A stretch of DNA of 63,997 bases, the filler included, from Reclinomonas americana ATCC 50394 (lineage: Eukaryota): the NCBI GenBank assembly GCA_048213135.1. It is 7 parts of 5 records of this genome, joined end to end, with 100 filler letters (N's around TTAATTAATTAA, not from the genome) between each part and the next. Parts side by side here need not be neighbours in the genome. Positions count along the whole stretch, not along the records: positions 12,942 to 18,208 come from PS015060.1; positions 18,309 to 47,305 come from PS015061.1; 5 more parts are not named here. One strand, written 5' to 3'. The position numbers were made by a program, and so were the translations under genes. Under the pieces are notes generated by a model. It searched no databases. It saw nothing but the letters and a program-made list of their open reading frames with translations, and was not told where the DNA came from. Shown here piece after piece: positions 13,663 through 26,166 of the stretch (positions within the stretch are counted from its first letter, which is position 1; each line of letters begins with the position of its first letter).

Positions 13663-16600
13663 TTACTCATACAAAGTGCTAGTAAAGTCAGGCAAGATCG
13701 AACCACAGATACGCTCAAGCACCTCTACATCCTGCTGTTTGCGACGCACGTAAATCGACTTGCCGAATATTCGAATGGAGAGATTGGCTGTGACGACGGC
13801 ATCACGGGACATGCCGACAAGGTCGGCTTCTGTGCCAAGTCGCACTTCTTCCCCACGCGCAAGCGACCACACTCGCACTGTCCTGTCACGACTCCAGGTT
13901 ATAATGTGCAGCCCATCGGGAGCGACGGCGACAGACCTCACTCGTCCGAAGTGTCCCACCAGCCGTCGCAATTCTTCTCCGCTGGCCAGCGACCACACGC
14001 GCACTGACTCATCTGCACCCCCACTTACGATGTGCTGACCGTCGGGTGTAATGGCTACGGAGAAAACCTCTCCAGCGTGTCCCACCAGCCGGCGCAACTC
14101 CTCTCCGCTCGCCAGTGACCACACGCGGACGGTCTTATCGTCACTACCACTAACTATATGCTGGCCATCCCGAGTGATGACAACTGCCTTCACTGCTCCT
14201 GCATGTCCATCCATTCGTCGCTCTTGCTCTCCACTCAACAGCGACCACACTCGAACAGTTTCGTCAGCACTTCCACTCACAACGTACTGACCATCGGGAG
14301 TGACGGCAACACACCACACAGCATTACTATGCCCGTCCAACCGTAGCATTTCTTCTCCACTCACCAAATCCCATATTCGCACTGTCGTTTCCCAGCTCCC
14401 ACTCACAATTTGTTGATTATCCGGAGTGATGGCAACGCAGAGCACAGCGCGCGAGTGTCCTCCCAGTCGTCGTACGCCTTCCTTGTCCACCAGTGACCAC
14501 ACCCGCACCGTCTCGTCTCTGCCCCCGCTCACAACGTGTTGACTGTCAACACTGACGGCGATACACCGCACCCTTCTGGCGTGGCCTTCCAACCGTCGCG
14601 CCTCTTTACCGCTCGACAGGGACCACACACGCACTGAACCACTCGAATCTCCACTTACAATGTAGCGACCATCTGGAGTGAGCGCGACAGCGAGCACCGC
14701 ACCATCAAGCCCGTTCAACCGTCTCACTTCTTCTCCGCTCGCCTCAGACCACACACGCACTGTCCGATCAGCACCTCCACTTACAAAGTGCTGACCGTCG
14801 TACGTGACGGCAACAGAGTCAACCCCTTCCGTGTGTCCCTCAAATCGTCGCACTTCATCTCCAGTCATAAGCGACCACATACGCATGGACTTGTCAGCAC
14901 TCCCACTAACAATGTGACGACCATCGGGAGTGACGGCAACAGACCACACAACTTCGGTGTGCCCCTCCAACCGTCGCACCTCCTCGCCACACGCCAGTGA
15001 CCAAACACGCACCGTGCAGTCGTGGCTGCCACTCACCACATACTGACCATCGGAAGTGACAGCGACCGACCACACAGCCTTGGTGTGCCCAGTCAACTGC
15101 CGCACTTCCTCTCCACTCGCCAGTGACCACACACGCACAGTCATGTCGGAACTTCCACTAACAACGTGCTGACCATCAGGAGTGATGGCGACAGATTTCA
15201 CCTCCCCAACGTGTCCCTCCAACCGACGCACTTCTTCTCTATTCGCCAGTGTCCATACTCGTATCGTGCGATCATGGCTTCCACTCACAATGTGCTGGCC
15301 ATCGGGAGTGACGGCGACAGACCTCACATCATCAGTATGGCCAACCATCGGCTTCCTCGGCCACTTCACACCAGTCACATCCGCCCCTCTAAAATCCGCC
15401 TCCCTCGCATACGCCATGCACACATTCACCTCTCGCAGATCCGCTCCCCTCCACACCGTCCGGTGCATCACCGCATCCCTCAAATCCGCACCCCTCACTC
15501 GCACACCCGACAGATCTCGTCCACTGAACGACACTTGTGCCACACACAACACCGTCGCTGCATTCGCTGCGGCCGTCACCACTCTCTCTTCATCCACCTC
15601 CTTCGACAACTCAATCACCTCCCACAGTCTCGCTTGCAATCGAGGAGATCGTCGCACCACCTCGGCCATCTGATCCACCAACGATGGTCGATCATTCAGC
15701 AGGCGCACTGCCAGTACATGCTGCTGCACATCCTGCACCGTCAACGTCCTCTCCTCATCCCACGTCTCCCATGCGAACACATGCCGTGCCACACAGTGCT
15801 CCAGCAACGACAGATGCACGAATCCCCACTGCGTCGTCCCATACCGTCGTACAATCGGGCAGCACGCACGCACATGCTGGTTCCTGGAGCCGAGGAACCT
15901 ATCAAACGGTCCCTCTTCCATCCGTCGTCGATGGTCGAGTGGCGCACCGCCAAACTCAGAGATGTCTTCATCGAACGCTCGCTCCTCTGACATCGCTCGC
16001 ACGACATTCCTCTCATGCATCAACCGTGCCAGTCCCTCACAGAACGAGAGACACACCTCCGCACTCGGCAGACGTGTCGCACCGAGACGCGTCTGCCTCC
16101 CTTGCTCCCTCACAATCCACTGTCGAATGAATCGGTCAAACACATCACGCCGCGTCGGCCGCTCCATCACACCACTTGCCACCAACTGCGGCAACACACG
16201 AGCCACCACTGCCAACAGGAATGGATTCGACACCAGCACATCCAGTCCATGCACACTCTTCAGTGCACGAATGTACTCCTCCGCAGTCGGCCATCGCACT
16301 TCTTCGTCGTCGTCATTCTCACCATAATCCACGTGCACTTCAACCAGTCGCGCAAAGTACTCCTCAATTTGCTCCTTGTTGAATGGCGCAATGTGTCGCT
16401 CCATCGGCTGTTGCGTGCACAACTGTCCACATGCATCTACTGGTGCAAAGTAATGTCGATACTGCGTTACACCACCCAGCGCCGTCAGTGCGTAATCGCT
16501 GCGACAGGTGATTATCACCTTCAAGTCGCGACACACGTCCAACTGGTTCTTGACAAACAGGTTCACACCACGGTACAACTCGTCGTACCCGTCAAGCAAC

Positions 16601-18163
16601 AACACCAGTGGTTCCTCCTTCAACCGTCGCACATCCGCCTCACTGAATCCCAGTTCGAGTGACAGTCGCACCAGTGCCTCCTCCAGCAGTCGCTCATCGG
16701 CATTGCGCAGAGCACCGAGAGGCACACGCACAGGCACTCGCCGACTCTCTCTCGCGTGCCACTGTCGCCATGCTCGCTCAGCCAGCACCGACATGGTGGT
16801 AGTCTTGCCAGCTCCACTGTTGCCAAACAGCACCAACACGCGATGCGAGGTGTTGGTGTCGGAGAGGAAAGCATCCACCTCCGTCAGCAGATTCATCATC
16901 CTGTCTCTCGACGAGACGTCACGCTCACGGGAGCACAGAAGTGGCACATACATCTGCATATCCTTGCGCACACCCTCGTCATGCTGATAGAAGAAAAGCT
17001 CACGCACGGCCAGACGATGCAGTCGTTCTTCAAAGGTGCTCATACTGAAGTCGAGGTGACGCGCCTCACGAATGCGTGCCGCGAAACCGTCAAATGTATC
17101 ACCAGGTAGGTGCAGTCCGGAGAGGACGGAGAAGTAGGCACCAGCATCATCAAGATACTCGTGCACACTTGCCTCGGTCCACGCCTGCGACGCGTGCGCC
17201 AACTCATTGCGCACCACTCGCAGCTGATCCAGCGCCTTGCGTTCATCAACATCGTCAATCAGCAGCTGCTGCTGGCCAGATTCTTCAACAAAGACACCAT
17301 ACAGCAGGATGGAGGCGAGCGCCGTCGTGTCGAAACCGTCACACGGAGGGTCGGATGAGGGGTCGGTGTCAAATGCAGCGCGCCAGGCCAATACGTGTGG
17401 ATGCAGTTTTTCATACAATATGACGCGCCTCTTCGGTACCGGCATATGCCGATCACGCCACGCCTTCACTGCCGCCGCATCCATTCCAGCAGGTGCGAAA
17501 CTTGGCACCCATGCCCGCAAATCAAAGTCGGGATGATCACGACTGAACTGCGCCAGTGCGCGTTGACATCGCATACGCAGCGCATCGACTACCACCTCGA
17601 AGGCCACAGTAATGCGGTTCGAGTTAATCATGCTGCACAATGCAAACATAATCAGCACAGACTCACTCCAGGAGAAGAATGAACAAGAGAGGGATGAGGA
17701 TGACTAAGGCAAGCAAAACAAACCGAGTCACTCGCTCCGAGTTGCTGGGCGAGGACATGAGAGTGAGTTGCATGTTACAGAGATGAATCACACACACATA
17801 CCTTCCACTCTCACTTCCACTCGACTGCAGCGCCACGCCAAGTGTCAGACGGACGACGATATGAGTGGATGAGATGACGCCGAGTGCAGCAAGTGGCACG
17901 CCGGCAGCAAGATTGATGTCGTATGGCGCAGGTTTCTCCACCCCCACTATCTCCATCTCCCCATCGCCACTCTTCTCACGCAACAAGCGTGCGGCCTCAC
18001 GCAGCAAGTCCGCGAGACTGGACATGGCCGACATGCCCTCCACCACCACCGACAGCGATGAATCATGCGCCGCACTTACATGCACAGAGAACTACTTGTG
18101 TGCAATGGTCAGCACAGGAGGAGCCCACACAAGCACACGCGAATTCACACGCACCGTTGACAT
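13663..18163 (-). CDS. NLR-like STAND protein: ubiquitin-like + HEPN + NACHT + pentapeptide repeats + 12 WD40 repeats
   Basis: Exons are 18163-18155 (MST), 18091-17802 (UBL-like), 17744-17724 and a ~3.97-kb exon 17632-13663. Motifs: FDTTALASIL..LRVVRNELAH (Rx4H), Walker A GNSGAGKTT, Walker B LLLDGYDEL, VIITCR, NPFLL, FVHLSLLEH, AAANAATVL followed by GADL pentapeptides, then twelve 42-aa GH..VRVWSL repeats. Confidence 0.9.
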
Positions 18164-18352
18164 TGTGTGTGCTCTCCCGAAGCAAGCCACAGATTGATGT
18201 CCCCCTGANNNNNNNNNNNNNNNNNNNNNNNNNNNNNNNNNNNNNNNNNNNNTTAATTAATTAANNNNNNNNNNNNNNNNNNNNNNNNNNNNNNNNNNNN
18301 NNNNNNNNCCCCCCTGCCTGTCCCCATCCCGTCTTCCTACGTATTCTGCGCC

Positions 18353-19456
18353 ATGATCCCCTCCCGCCTCCTCCACCAACACACCGACTGGGTCACCTCG
18401 GTGGCCCTCACCGGCGACGGTCGACACCTCGTCAGCGGAAGCGACGACTCGACAGTGCGAGTGTGGTCCCTCGCCAGCGGCCAGCCAGTGCACCAACTGT
18501 GCGGAGGACACACGCATCCTCGTCGTCGTCGTCGTGTGTTTGCGGTGGTGGTGACCGTCGATGGAGAGCACATTGTGTCGTGTGGCAGCAGCAATGAGGT
18601 GATTGTGTGGTCACTGGCGACTGGCGAAGAAGTGCGACGACTGCAGGGCGGGTGTGCGGATGGCCACTTGTCGCTGGCGTTGACTCCCGACGGGCGGCAG
18701 CTGGTGGCGGGAGGCGTCGACGGCAGGGTGCGTGTGTGGTCACTCGCCAGTGCAGGAGGGGAGCTAGTGGTGGACATGGAGGGGCAGAAGAATACGCTGG
18801 TGCGGTGCTTGGCGGTCACGCCCGACAGCCGGCGCGTGGTGACGAGCTGGGAGAATGAAGTGGTCGCGGTGCTGTCGCTCACGAGCGGCGAGCAAGTGCA
18901 GATGCTGCGCCCGAGTGCGGGTGTCGTGCAGAGTGCGGTGGTGACGGTGGACGGAGAGCACGTGGTGACGGGTAGTCGCGACAGTGTGGTGCGCGTGTGG
19001 TCTCTCGCAACGGGTCGGGCAGTGAAGCGATACTTGGGGCACTGCGCGTCGGTGAGTGCGGTGGCGGTGACTCGCGATGGTCTCCTGGTGGTGTCGGGCG
19101 ACGATTTCGGCGATGTGCATGTGTGGTCGGTGGAGAGTGGAGACATTGTGCAGTGCCTGGAGGGTCACCGGCAGACGGTGACTGCGGTGGCGGTGTCGCC
19201 GTGCGGACAGCATGTGGTGGCGGGCGGGTACGACCGCACGGTGCGAGTGTGGTCGACGGTGCGCGGGCTGGCGGGGTGGGAGGTGGAGGTGGCGGAGGAG
19301 GTGGTGGAGATGGTGCGTGAGATGGAGGTGGAGGAGGAGGAGGAAGGGGAGGGTGATAGGAGGTGCTTGGTGGAGGTGGTGATGCGGTGTTTTGTGGTGG
19401 AGGAGGCGAGGGTGATTGCGTGGAGGTGGTGGGTGGGGGAGGGGGAGGGGAAGTGA
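18353..19456 (+). CDS. Intronless WD40 beta-propeller protein (about 7 repeats) related to the NLR sensor domain; possibly 5'-partial
   Basis: Repeats such as HTDWVTSVALTGDGRHLVSGSDDSTVRVWSLASG share the VRVWSLASG/EEVRRL signature. It has a Glu/Val-rich tail and starts 44 nt from a scaffold edge. Confidence 0.85.
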   Translation: MIPSRLLHQHTDWVTSVALTGDGRHLVSGSDDSTVRVWSLASGQPVHQLCGGHTHPRRRRRVFAVVVTVDGEHIVSCGSSNEVIVWSLATGEEVRRLQGGCADGHLSLALTPDGRQLVAGGVDGRVRVWSLASAGGELVVDMEGQKNTLVRCLAVTPDSRRVVTSWENEVVAVLSLTSGEQVQMLRPSAGVVQSAVVTVDGEHVVTGSRDSVVRVWSLATGRAVKRYLGHCASVSAVAVTRDGLLVVSGDDFGDVHVWSVESGDIVQCLEGHRQTVTAVAVSPCGQHVVAGGYDRTVRVWSTVRGLAGWEVEVAEEVVEMVREMEVEEEEEGEGDRRCLVEVVMRCFVVEEARVIAWRWWVGEGEGK

Positions 19457-19730
19457 GGTGCAGCACAAGAGCGTCATTTGCAAGAGGAGTCAGTGATCAG
19501 TGGCGTACAGTGCGCGTGCGCTCAAGAATGACAATGAAATCTCAGCGTTGGAGTACTATCTCATCTCTGGTTCGCACACCATGCGCATGTGCGTTGTACC
19601 GGTGTCTGCGAATGTGCTCGTGAACGGCAACTGGAGGGCGATCTGGAGATCTCACTGAAGGAGCTGGATATACTCTTCTGCTTCTCACATGATTGCAAAG
19701 CATTCAATTAAACGACACCCTCCACTCCCC

Positions 19731-22700
19731 TCACAACGGACGATACCCAGCATTCTCGCCACCACTTACTCTAAACGCGGTGGCCGACGTCGGCGTCGTT
19801 CCCGGCGTTATCGTATCGGTGGACTTGTACGAGCGGCCACCCGGCGACACAATCGGCATGGCCGCCGAGTCGCGCATGCGACGCGTGCTCATCGAAATCG
19901 GCAGGGCGGCCGCGGCCTCCGGATCCAGCTCCGCGGTGCGGCCCACGCCGTCGGTGCCCGGCAGGCCCGGCAGCACGTAAATCGGCGCCGACTCCATCAT
20001 GGCCACGGCGTCTTGTTCGAAGAGGTTGCCCGAGGCGTAGGGTTGCCATGGGTAGGCGTACTGGAAAAGGGAGAGTATGAGGAGAAGGAGGGAGGGAGGA
20101 GAAGGAGGTAGGGAGGAGAAGGCGGAGGGAGAAGACGCAGAGTAGGAGGGGCGACTTGTCCAACATCTGAAACCAATGACTGAACCCACGAAGTGGGTTG
20201 ATTTCTTCTTGCTCCCTCTTTTCCTCAGTCCATCTGTCTCTTCGTCTGCCGGTCTCTGCACACGTAGTCTATCTGTCTATCCCGTTCTATCATTCGCGTT
20301 CTCTCTTTTTATGAGCAACGGCTGCCAGACTGTCTGCATACCTGCTCGCTTGAAATCGTGTCCCTCAATCTTACTTCTCACAGTCCACGTGCCTCTCCTT
20401 GTGTTTCTCTCTCGGAAGCGCACACCTTCCTGCTTGAGTGTACACATTTTCTCTCTGTCTTTCTTCACTTCACACACAGAGCCACTTAATTTAAAACGCG
20501 AAGACAATCAAATCACTTCCAGCGCAGTTGGCTCTCTCTTGCTGTCTGCATGTCTGCTTAATCGGCTGTCTGCATGCTCTCATTTTCCGTTCTATCATTC
20601 TCTCCTTCTCCCTTCCTCCCCCCACTCCCTTCTCCTTTCCCCTTTCCCCCTCCCCCACGCACCAAATGCAACACCGCCACCAGCGCCATCTCAATCACAA
20701 TAATAATATTGTTGATGCTCTCGGCCTCGTCCGACTGCGCCCAATTATCCGGGTACGGCGGCGCGGCGCCCACATACACCAGTAATCTGACCAGCAGCTT
20801 TTGCCTGGGTCACCCGTCAGCACCCCACATCTCCTCTTTTGAGGAGGGGCAAGCGAACGCAACATGAATGTCACCCCAATCAGGAACTGAATGCTAAGCA
20901 GCTTGGTCGCCGGCTGGAACTGGGCCTTTTTCAAATCTATTCCGCAGATTAGAAAGGACGACAAATCTGAGGACTCGCCAGCTCAGCACTCACCAGGATT
21001 GAGAAACCGCACGAGCCCAAAGAGATACAAAACGCACACAGTGGTGCTGACGCCAATGATAATAAAGATCCACATGAAGGGCGACTCGGGCTTGAAGATG
21101 CCGTACAGGTAAAAGTGCAACGCAAAGGCGATGCACGCAAAAACACGGCACAATGGTTTGATGATGGCTGCCACGTCGGTGAGAAGCAAGGGCAATGCAC
21201 AAGTAGCTGGCAAGTCGCCACGCACCGAATTGCCAAGTGGCGAAGCGGGCCTTTTCATAGAACTTGACGTCTACCCTGCTCCGACAGCAAACTGCGGCCA
21301 ACGGAGTCAGTGAGGAGCGAGAGGAGAAGAAAGAGAGTCTCAATCAACGCAACAAATGGTAAAGACACTGCGTGGTGGTCGATCTCGGATCTTTTCGTGC
21401 ACCAGATGCCAGCCGCCGATGCGATCGATGATAAGCCAGAAGAAGCAGAACACGACCCAGGCTGCGTGGTCGAGTGAGGCAAGGTAGGATTGGGAGAAGC
21501 AGAAAGGAGTCGAGTACCTTGATACGTGTCGCGAACCAACTCAATGTATACCAGTTGGTTTTGGAAGGCCGTGGCGAGCCAGGCGGTCACGGCGTATACA
21601 CTAGCAGGGGGAAGGGGAAGGGGGGGGGGTAAGGCGGAGGGGGAAGGAGATGAGCGAGAAGAAAGAGGATGAGCAGAAACTACAAAGGGTGAGCAGCGAG
21701 AGGGAGAGAGAATACGAGACGAGGACGTGCGGGCACTGGCCTCATTCTGTGTATTTCACGACGGACGCTGTCTGCTCACTGTGCTCCCCTCTTTCCATAC
21801 CGACACTCTCTGCAGAGAGAGAGGGAGGAGAGGAGGAGAGGACGAGGAGAGGAGGAGGGAGAGGACGAGTAGTAGGTACGGAAGGAGGACGGGTTACGAA
21901 GAGGAGAAGGNNNNNNNNNNNNNNNNNNNNNNNNNNNNNNNNNNNNNNNNNNNNNNNNNNNNNNNNNNNNNNNNNNNNNNNNNNNNNNNNNNNNNNNNNN
22001 NNNNNNNNNNNNTACGCGTCGTCGACGTCGTCGTACGTCGTCGTACGGCGTACGGTACGAGGAGGAGGAGGAGGAGGAGGAGGAGGAGGAGGAGGAGGAG
22101 GGGAAGGGCAGAGAGAGGAGAGAGTGACTAATGAGGCAGATCTTGCAAAAGGTGAGCAGCAAGAGTGAGAGAATACGAGACAAGGACGCGTACGCACAGG
22201 CCTTCCTCAACATCACACGCGCAGCTCTCCGTCTGTGTCATTCATCGCTGTCTGCTCACTGTGCTCCCCTCTTTCTGGTACGGGCACTTTCTGCAGAGAC
22301 AGAGAGGGGAAGGGGGAGAAAGAGAATAGTAACACGACAGCCGTGAAATGCAACTATAGTTCAATGATTCAAGGAGGACAGACAAGCAAGCAGCAGCGTA
22401 GGAGAGCGAGACATCATTTGCTGAGCAGAAGAGAGTCACGGGAGGCGCAAGGGAGGCAGCAACAAGTCATGACGAACGACTCGGCGAAGGAAATGAACTG
22501 ACAGAGAGGAAACGTGAGCCAGACGGATGTCAAGAGAGAGAGGGCGAGATGGAGAGTGAGGGAATTGACAGAGAGGAAAGAGAGAGGGGAGGAGGAGAGA
22601 GACGACAGAGAGGTAGAGAGAGACAGAGAAACGCGTTTTTGACAAGTGAGAAATGCATTGACTCCTGTCAGAGAGAGAGAGGGTGAGAGAGCATACAAAG

Positions 22701-22969
22701 AGACAAGATCAGAGGGCAAGAGAGAGGAGGCGAGAGCAGCGAGAGCAAAGAAGGACTCGGGCACACTTGCGAATGCTTCAGGGGTCTCTGTGGTTACTCT
22801 CTGAAGAATGATACAGCAAGGACAGAGAGAGAGAGAGAGAGAGAGAGAGATAAGAGAAGGCAGACAGAAAGGAGACAAGAGCAGAGACAAGAGAGACAGA
22901 GGAAGTGAACAGGAGACGGAGAAACGCGCATTGCCCATTTGACAAGTGAGAAATGCATCAACTGCTGTC

Positions 22970-23001
<32 letters not shown>

Positions 23002-23287
23002 GGTGAGAGAGAGAGGCCTCACTCTGTGTCTGAGTGTGTGTGTGTGTGTTTCACGCAACGGAGCAAACAATATAATAACTAATGTTGGTCTTTGCAGCAG
23101 TGGAGTGCTCCAGTTCATCAAGTGTCGCACCACAGAGTACATTGTGATGGCCAGAGTCACTGTATATGTGTGTGTGAGTGAGTGAGTGAAACAAGAGAGA
23201 GTGAGTGGAGACACAAAGAGAAAGAGATTCGAAACGTAATGCAAATGAGCCCGTGACCCACAGCACATCCTTGCGCATGGTCACCAT
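19731..23287 (-). CDS. TMEM184/organic solute transporter alpha (Solute_trans_a) family membrane protein
   Basis: The spliced product reads MVTMRKDVLWVTGSFALLTLAITMYSVVRHLMNWSTPLLQRPTLVIILFAPVYAVTAW..IELVRDTYQAWVVFCFFWLI..WQFAIIKPL..KLLSIQFLIGVTFMQ..NNIIIVIEMALVAVLHLYAYPWQPY, which matches the family motifs. Confidence 0.88.
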
Positions 23288-24388
23288 GGTGAACAAGAGA
23301 CACACTCACACACACACACGCTCTCTCTCTCTCTCTCTCTCTGTTGATTGCGAGGTCGTTTCTGAACGGGACATGCAATGCATTGGTCGTGCCTCCGATG
23401 GGCTTTTTCTCCACACAGGAGCAAGCTGGAGCGCCCAGGCTACGTAGTACTAAAGGCGACGAAGGCGCGCGCACACTGCATCCACGGGAAAGGAGTACGA
23501 GTGGCGAAATGCTGCGCAATCGTAAGCGTCCGCTATCGACGTTTCCTCTTCCCCACATGCACTGCTCCCAAGTCAACGTTACTGCGATATCAAGAGAGGA
23601 AGCAAGTCACACGCTCCAAGCGCAGCAGCGTCGTCAAAGAGAAGACGCGTTCCGAACCGATAGCAAGGCTTCCTCACGACAAAGAGCAAGCTGCAACGAC
23701 GCACAATGTGGAAAGGAGGAGAGCGGCGAACACAAAGTCGAGCAAGATGACTGTTGTGTCCTGGCTCGGACAGGAAGCCACCTGGGCGGTACGTGGTGGT
23801 GATCACGCCTGATTCGATATCCCCTTGCACGTTTTTTTCGATATCTTCTTGAGGATCGCGAGATGAGGCAGTGCAGCATCTCACCCAGTGAAATTGTGTG
23901 TACGTGATCGACGGTGTCCAAGTGATAACTGCCTGCAGAATACGGAGAGCTGCGTTCGCCACAGTTGCAGAACGCTGCTCGACACTTACTCATTTCGACA
24001 GACTCATTTCGACAGACTCAAGGCGTCGAGTTCACCAAGCACTGAAGCTGAACTGCACGAATACAAGGAGCTCACTCTGCTGCATTCCCATTCCACGCCA
24101 CTCATCTGACTCTCCTCTGCAATCCCTCCCTTCGCCCCTCCTCCCCTTCTCCTGTTCTCTACTTTTCTTCCCCTCCCCTGTTCCCTTGTCTTCTCCCCTT
24201 CCCCTGCTCCTTCCCCTTCTCCCTATCCTCCCTTTCTCTCGCCCCCTCCTTTCCTCTCGTCTCCCCCTATTCCCCCTTCTCCTTCACCCTCCCCTCTTGC
24301 AAAACAATACAGTCTATTATTTCATTCTCCTCCTGCATTCACAAATGTACACCCCCCACCATTAAACAGGTTACCCCATTCTCCCCCC

Positions 24389-25531
24389 TCAATGCGACAA
24401 GCTCCACAACGTCGTCGGCGAGTGATACGAGCGGAACGGCGACGGCGTAATCAACGACGTCGCACTCGCAATGCACGCCCAGCTCGGCGTCGTCGGCGTG
24501 CGCGGATCAAACGCAGACGCATCCGCCACCGCCAACGTCGGCGTCAGCAGCTTATTGCAGCCCCACGTCGACCGTCCCGCCGGCAATGGCGGGTGCATGG
24601 CCGTCACTGTCGGTGCAGTCGCTGTGGTCGCAGCTGTCGTGCTCGTTGTCGTTGATGCAGGTGGCGTCACCGACACGGTAACCTTGCCCTGCTCCTCATC
24701 AAAGTACGCCGACACCGCCTCGTCCTCCGTCTCCGAATCATCCGCGCTCTCGCCACTCTCCTCCGCCTCCTCCTCCAACGCCGTCACCGTCAACGTCGCC
24801 GTTGGTGTTGGTCTGCTCTCCGACGTCGAAGTCGTGGTCGTAGAAGTCGCCACGGCAGCCGCTGCAGCTGCCGTCTGCGCCCATCCCAGCATAGCCGCGG
24901 CCGCGAGCGACGGATTCGCGCCCTGCAGCACCTGCTGATGCATCGCCGCCATTTGCGCCATGTGCGCGAAGTTGAGCGCGCTAAACGCCGCCGGCGGGGC
25001 AGCCGCCGTCGCCGCGCTCGCGGCCGTTGCCGGCTGCGCAGTGACGCGTCCGAGAATGCGTTGCCGGCACGTGCGGTAGTCCTGCGAGGCCTCGTCGGCG
25101 TAGGACTCGGGAATGGTGCCGCGTCCGCGCGCGGCCGGCTTGTCGAGATCGAGGAGCTTGACGTCGGGAGAGGTGAACTCGGCGAGCAGCTTGAACATGT
25201 CCGTGGAGGAGTACTTGTACAGCTTGCCGTTGGAGCTCTTCACAAAGAGCAGCACGTCGGCGTCGCACATCTCAGTGATCTCAATCTGCACGCAAGAGAG
25301 AGGAAGGCAGTCAGCACAAGCAAAGAGGAGTGCGCACATTGTTGAGGAGACGACTCAACTGCCTTCTTGTGCAGGCCCATCTTGCGCTTCTTGAATCTGC
25401 GTGGCACAAAGAAGAGTGAGCGCCATGGCCCATTTTCCTCTCACACACACAAAGAGACACACACACCGTTGGCGCAAACGCTCTCGCTCGGCCTTCTCAT
25501 CGACCGACATGGCAACACGTTGACGCGGCAT
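24389..25531 (-). CDS. Divergent MEF2-like MADS-box transcription factor (3 exons)
   Basis: The spliced N-terminus is MPRQRVAMSVDEKAERERLRQRFKKRKMGLHKKAIEITEMCDADVLLFVKSSNGKLYKYSSTDMFKLLAEF, followed by an Ala/Thr/Pro-rich tail. Confidence 0.85.
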
Positions 25532-25623
25532 CTTGTTCACACACGAGAAGAAAAAGTGAAGAGAAGTGTCTTTGCTCAACAAATGAGAGTCGATTGTGTG
25601 GATTGAATGTCCGCTATCCCGCG

Positions 25624-25633
25624 CTATTTATAG
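25624..25633. promoter_or_regulatory. CTATTTATAG: MEF2-type site and/or TATA box upstream of the MADS gene
   Basis: It is a perfect CTA(A/T)4TAG about 93 nt upstream of ATG 25531 and reads CTATAAATAG on the coding strand. Confidence 0.45.
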
Positions 25634-26049
25634 TGCATCGGTTTCAGACAAGCGACCCGCGCTTTTTTGTGTGTGATTTGGGCCCGGTCACCGCTCCTTG
25701 ATTCAATTGGCGGTCCCAAGTGGCCCGCTGCGTGCCACGAACAGCGGTGCTCAAACACAACGATACAGGGCCGGTTGGTGGTTGGTGTATTGGGTGGCGA
25801 AGGGGTTGTGCGTGATTTTGAGGCCGTACGGGGGGAAGTTGAGGTGCTGGCGACGCTTATGGAAATGCCGGTGCAAGTTGATATGTGTGGGGAAGTTGAA
25901 GGTCGAGTCGCCGTGTGGGATAGGGTGGTGGATGTGCTTGGTGGGCGTCTCACACTCTCTCGCACACTCGCTCTCTCTCTCTCTCTCTCTCTACACGATG
26001 CATTGATCATGATGAAGGTCGAACTTTGTGCCTTCAGTGTCGAGTCTTG

Positions 26050-26083
26050 AGTTGTCTGCATGCAAGCAACCCTTCATTGTGAG

Positions 26084-26166
<83 letters not shown>

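Noticed and set aside
23350-24110. Intergenic ORFs and a 14-nt direct duplication (actcatttcgacag) near 23988-24020
   Set aside because: No recognisable domain or terminal repeats, so a decayed transposon cannot be supported.
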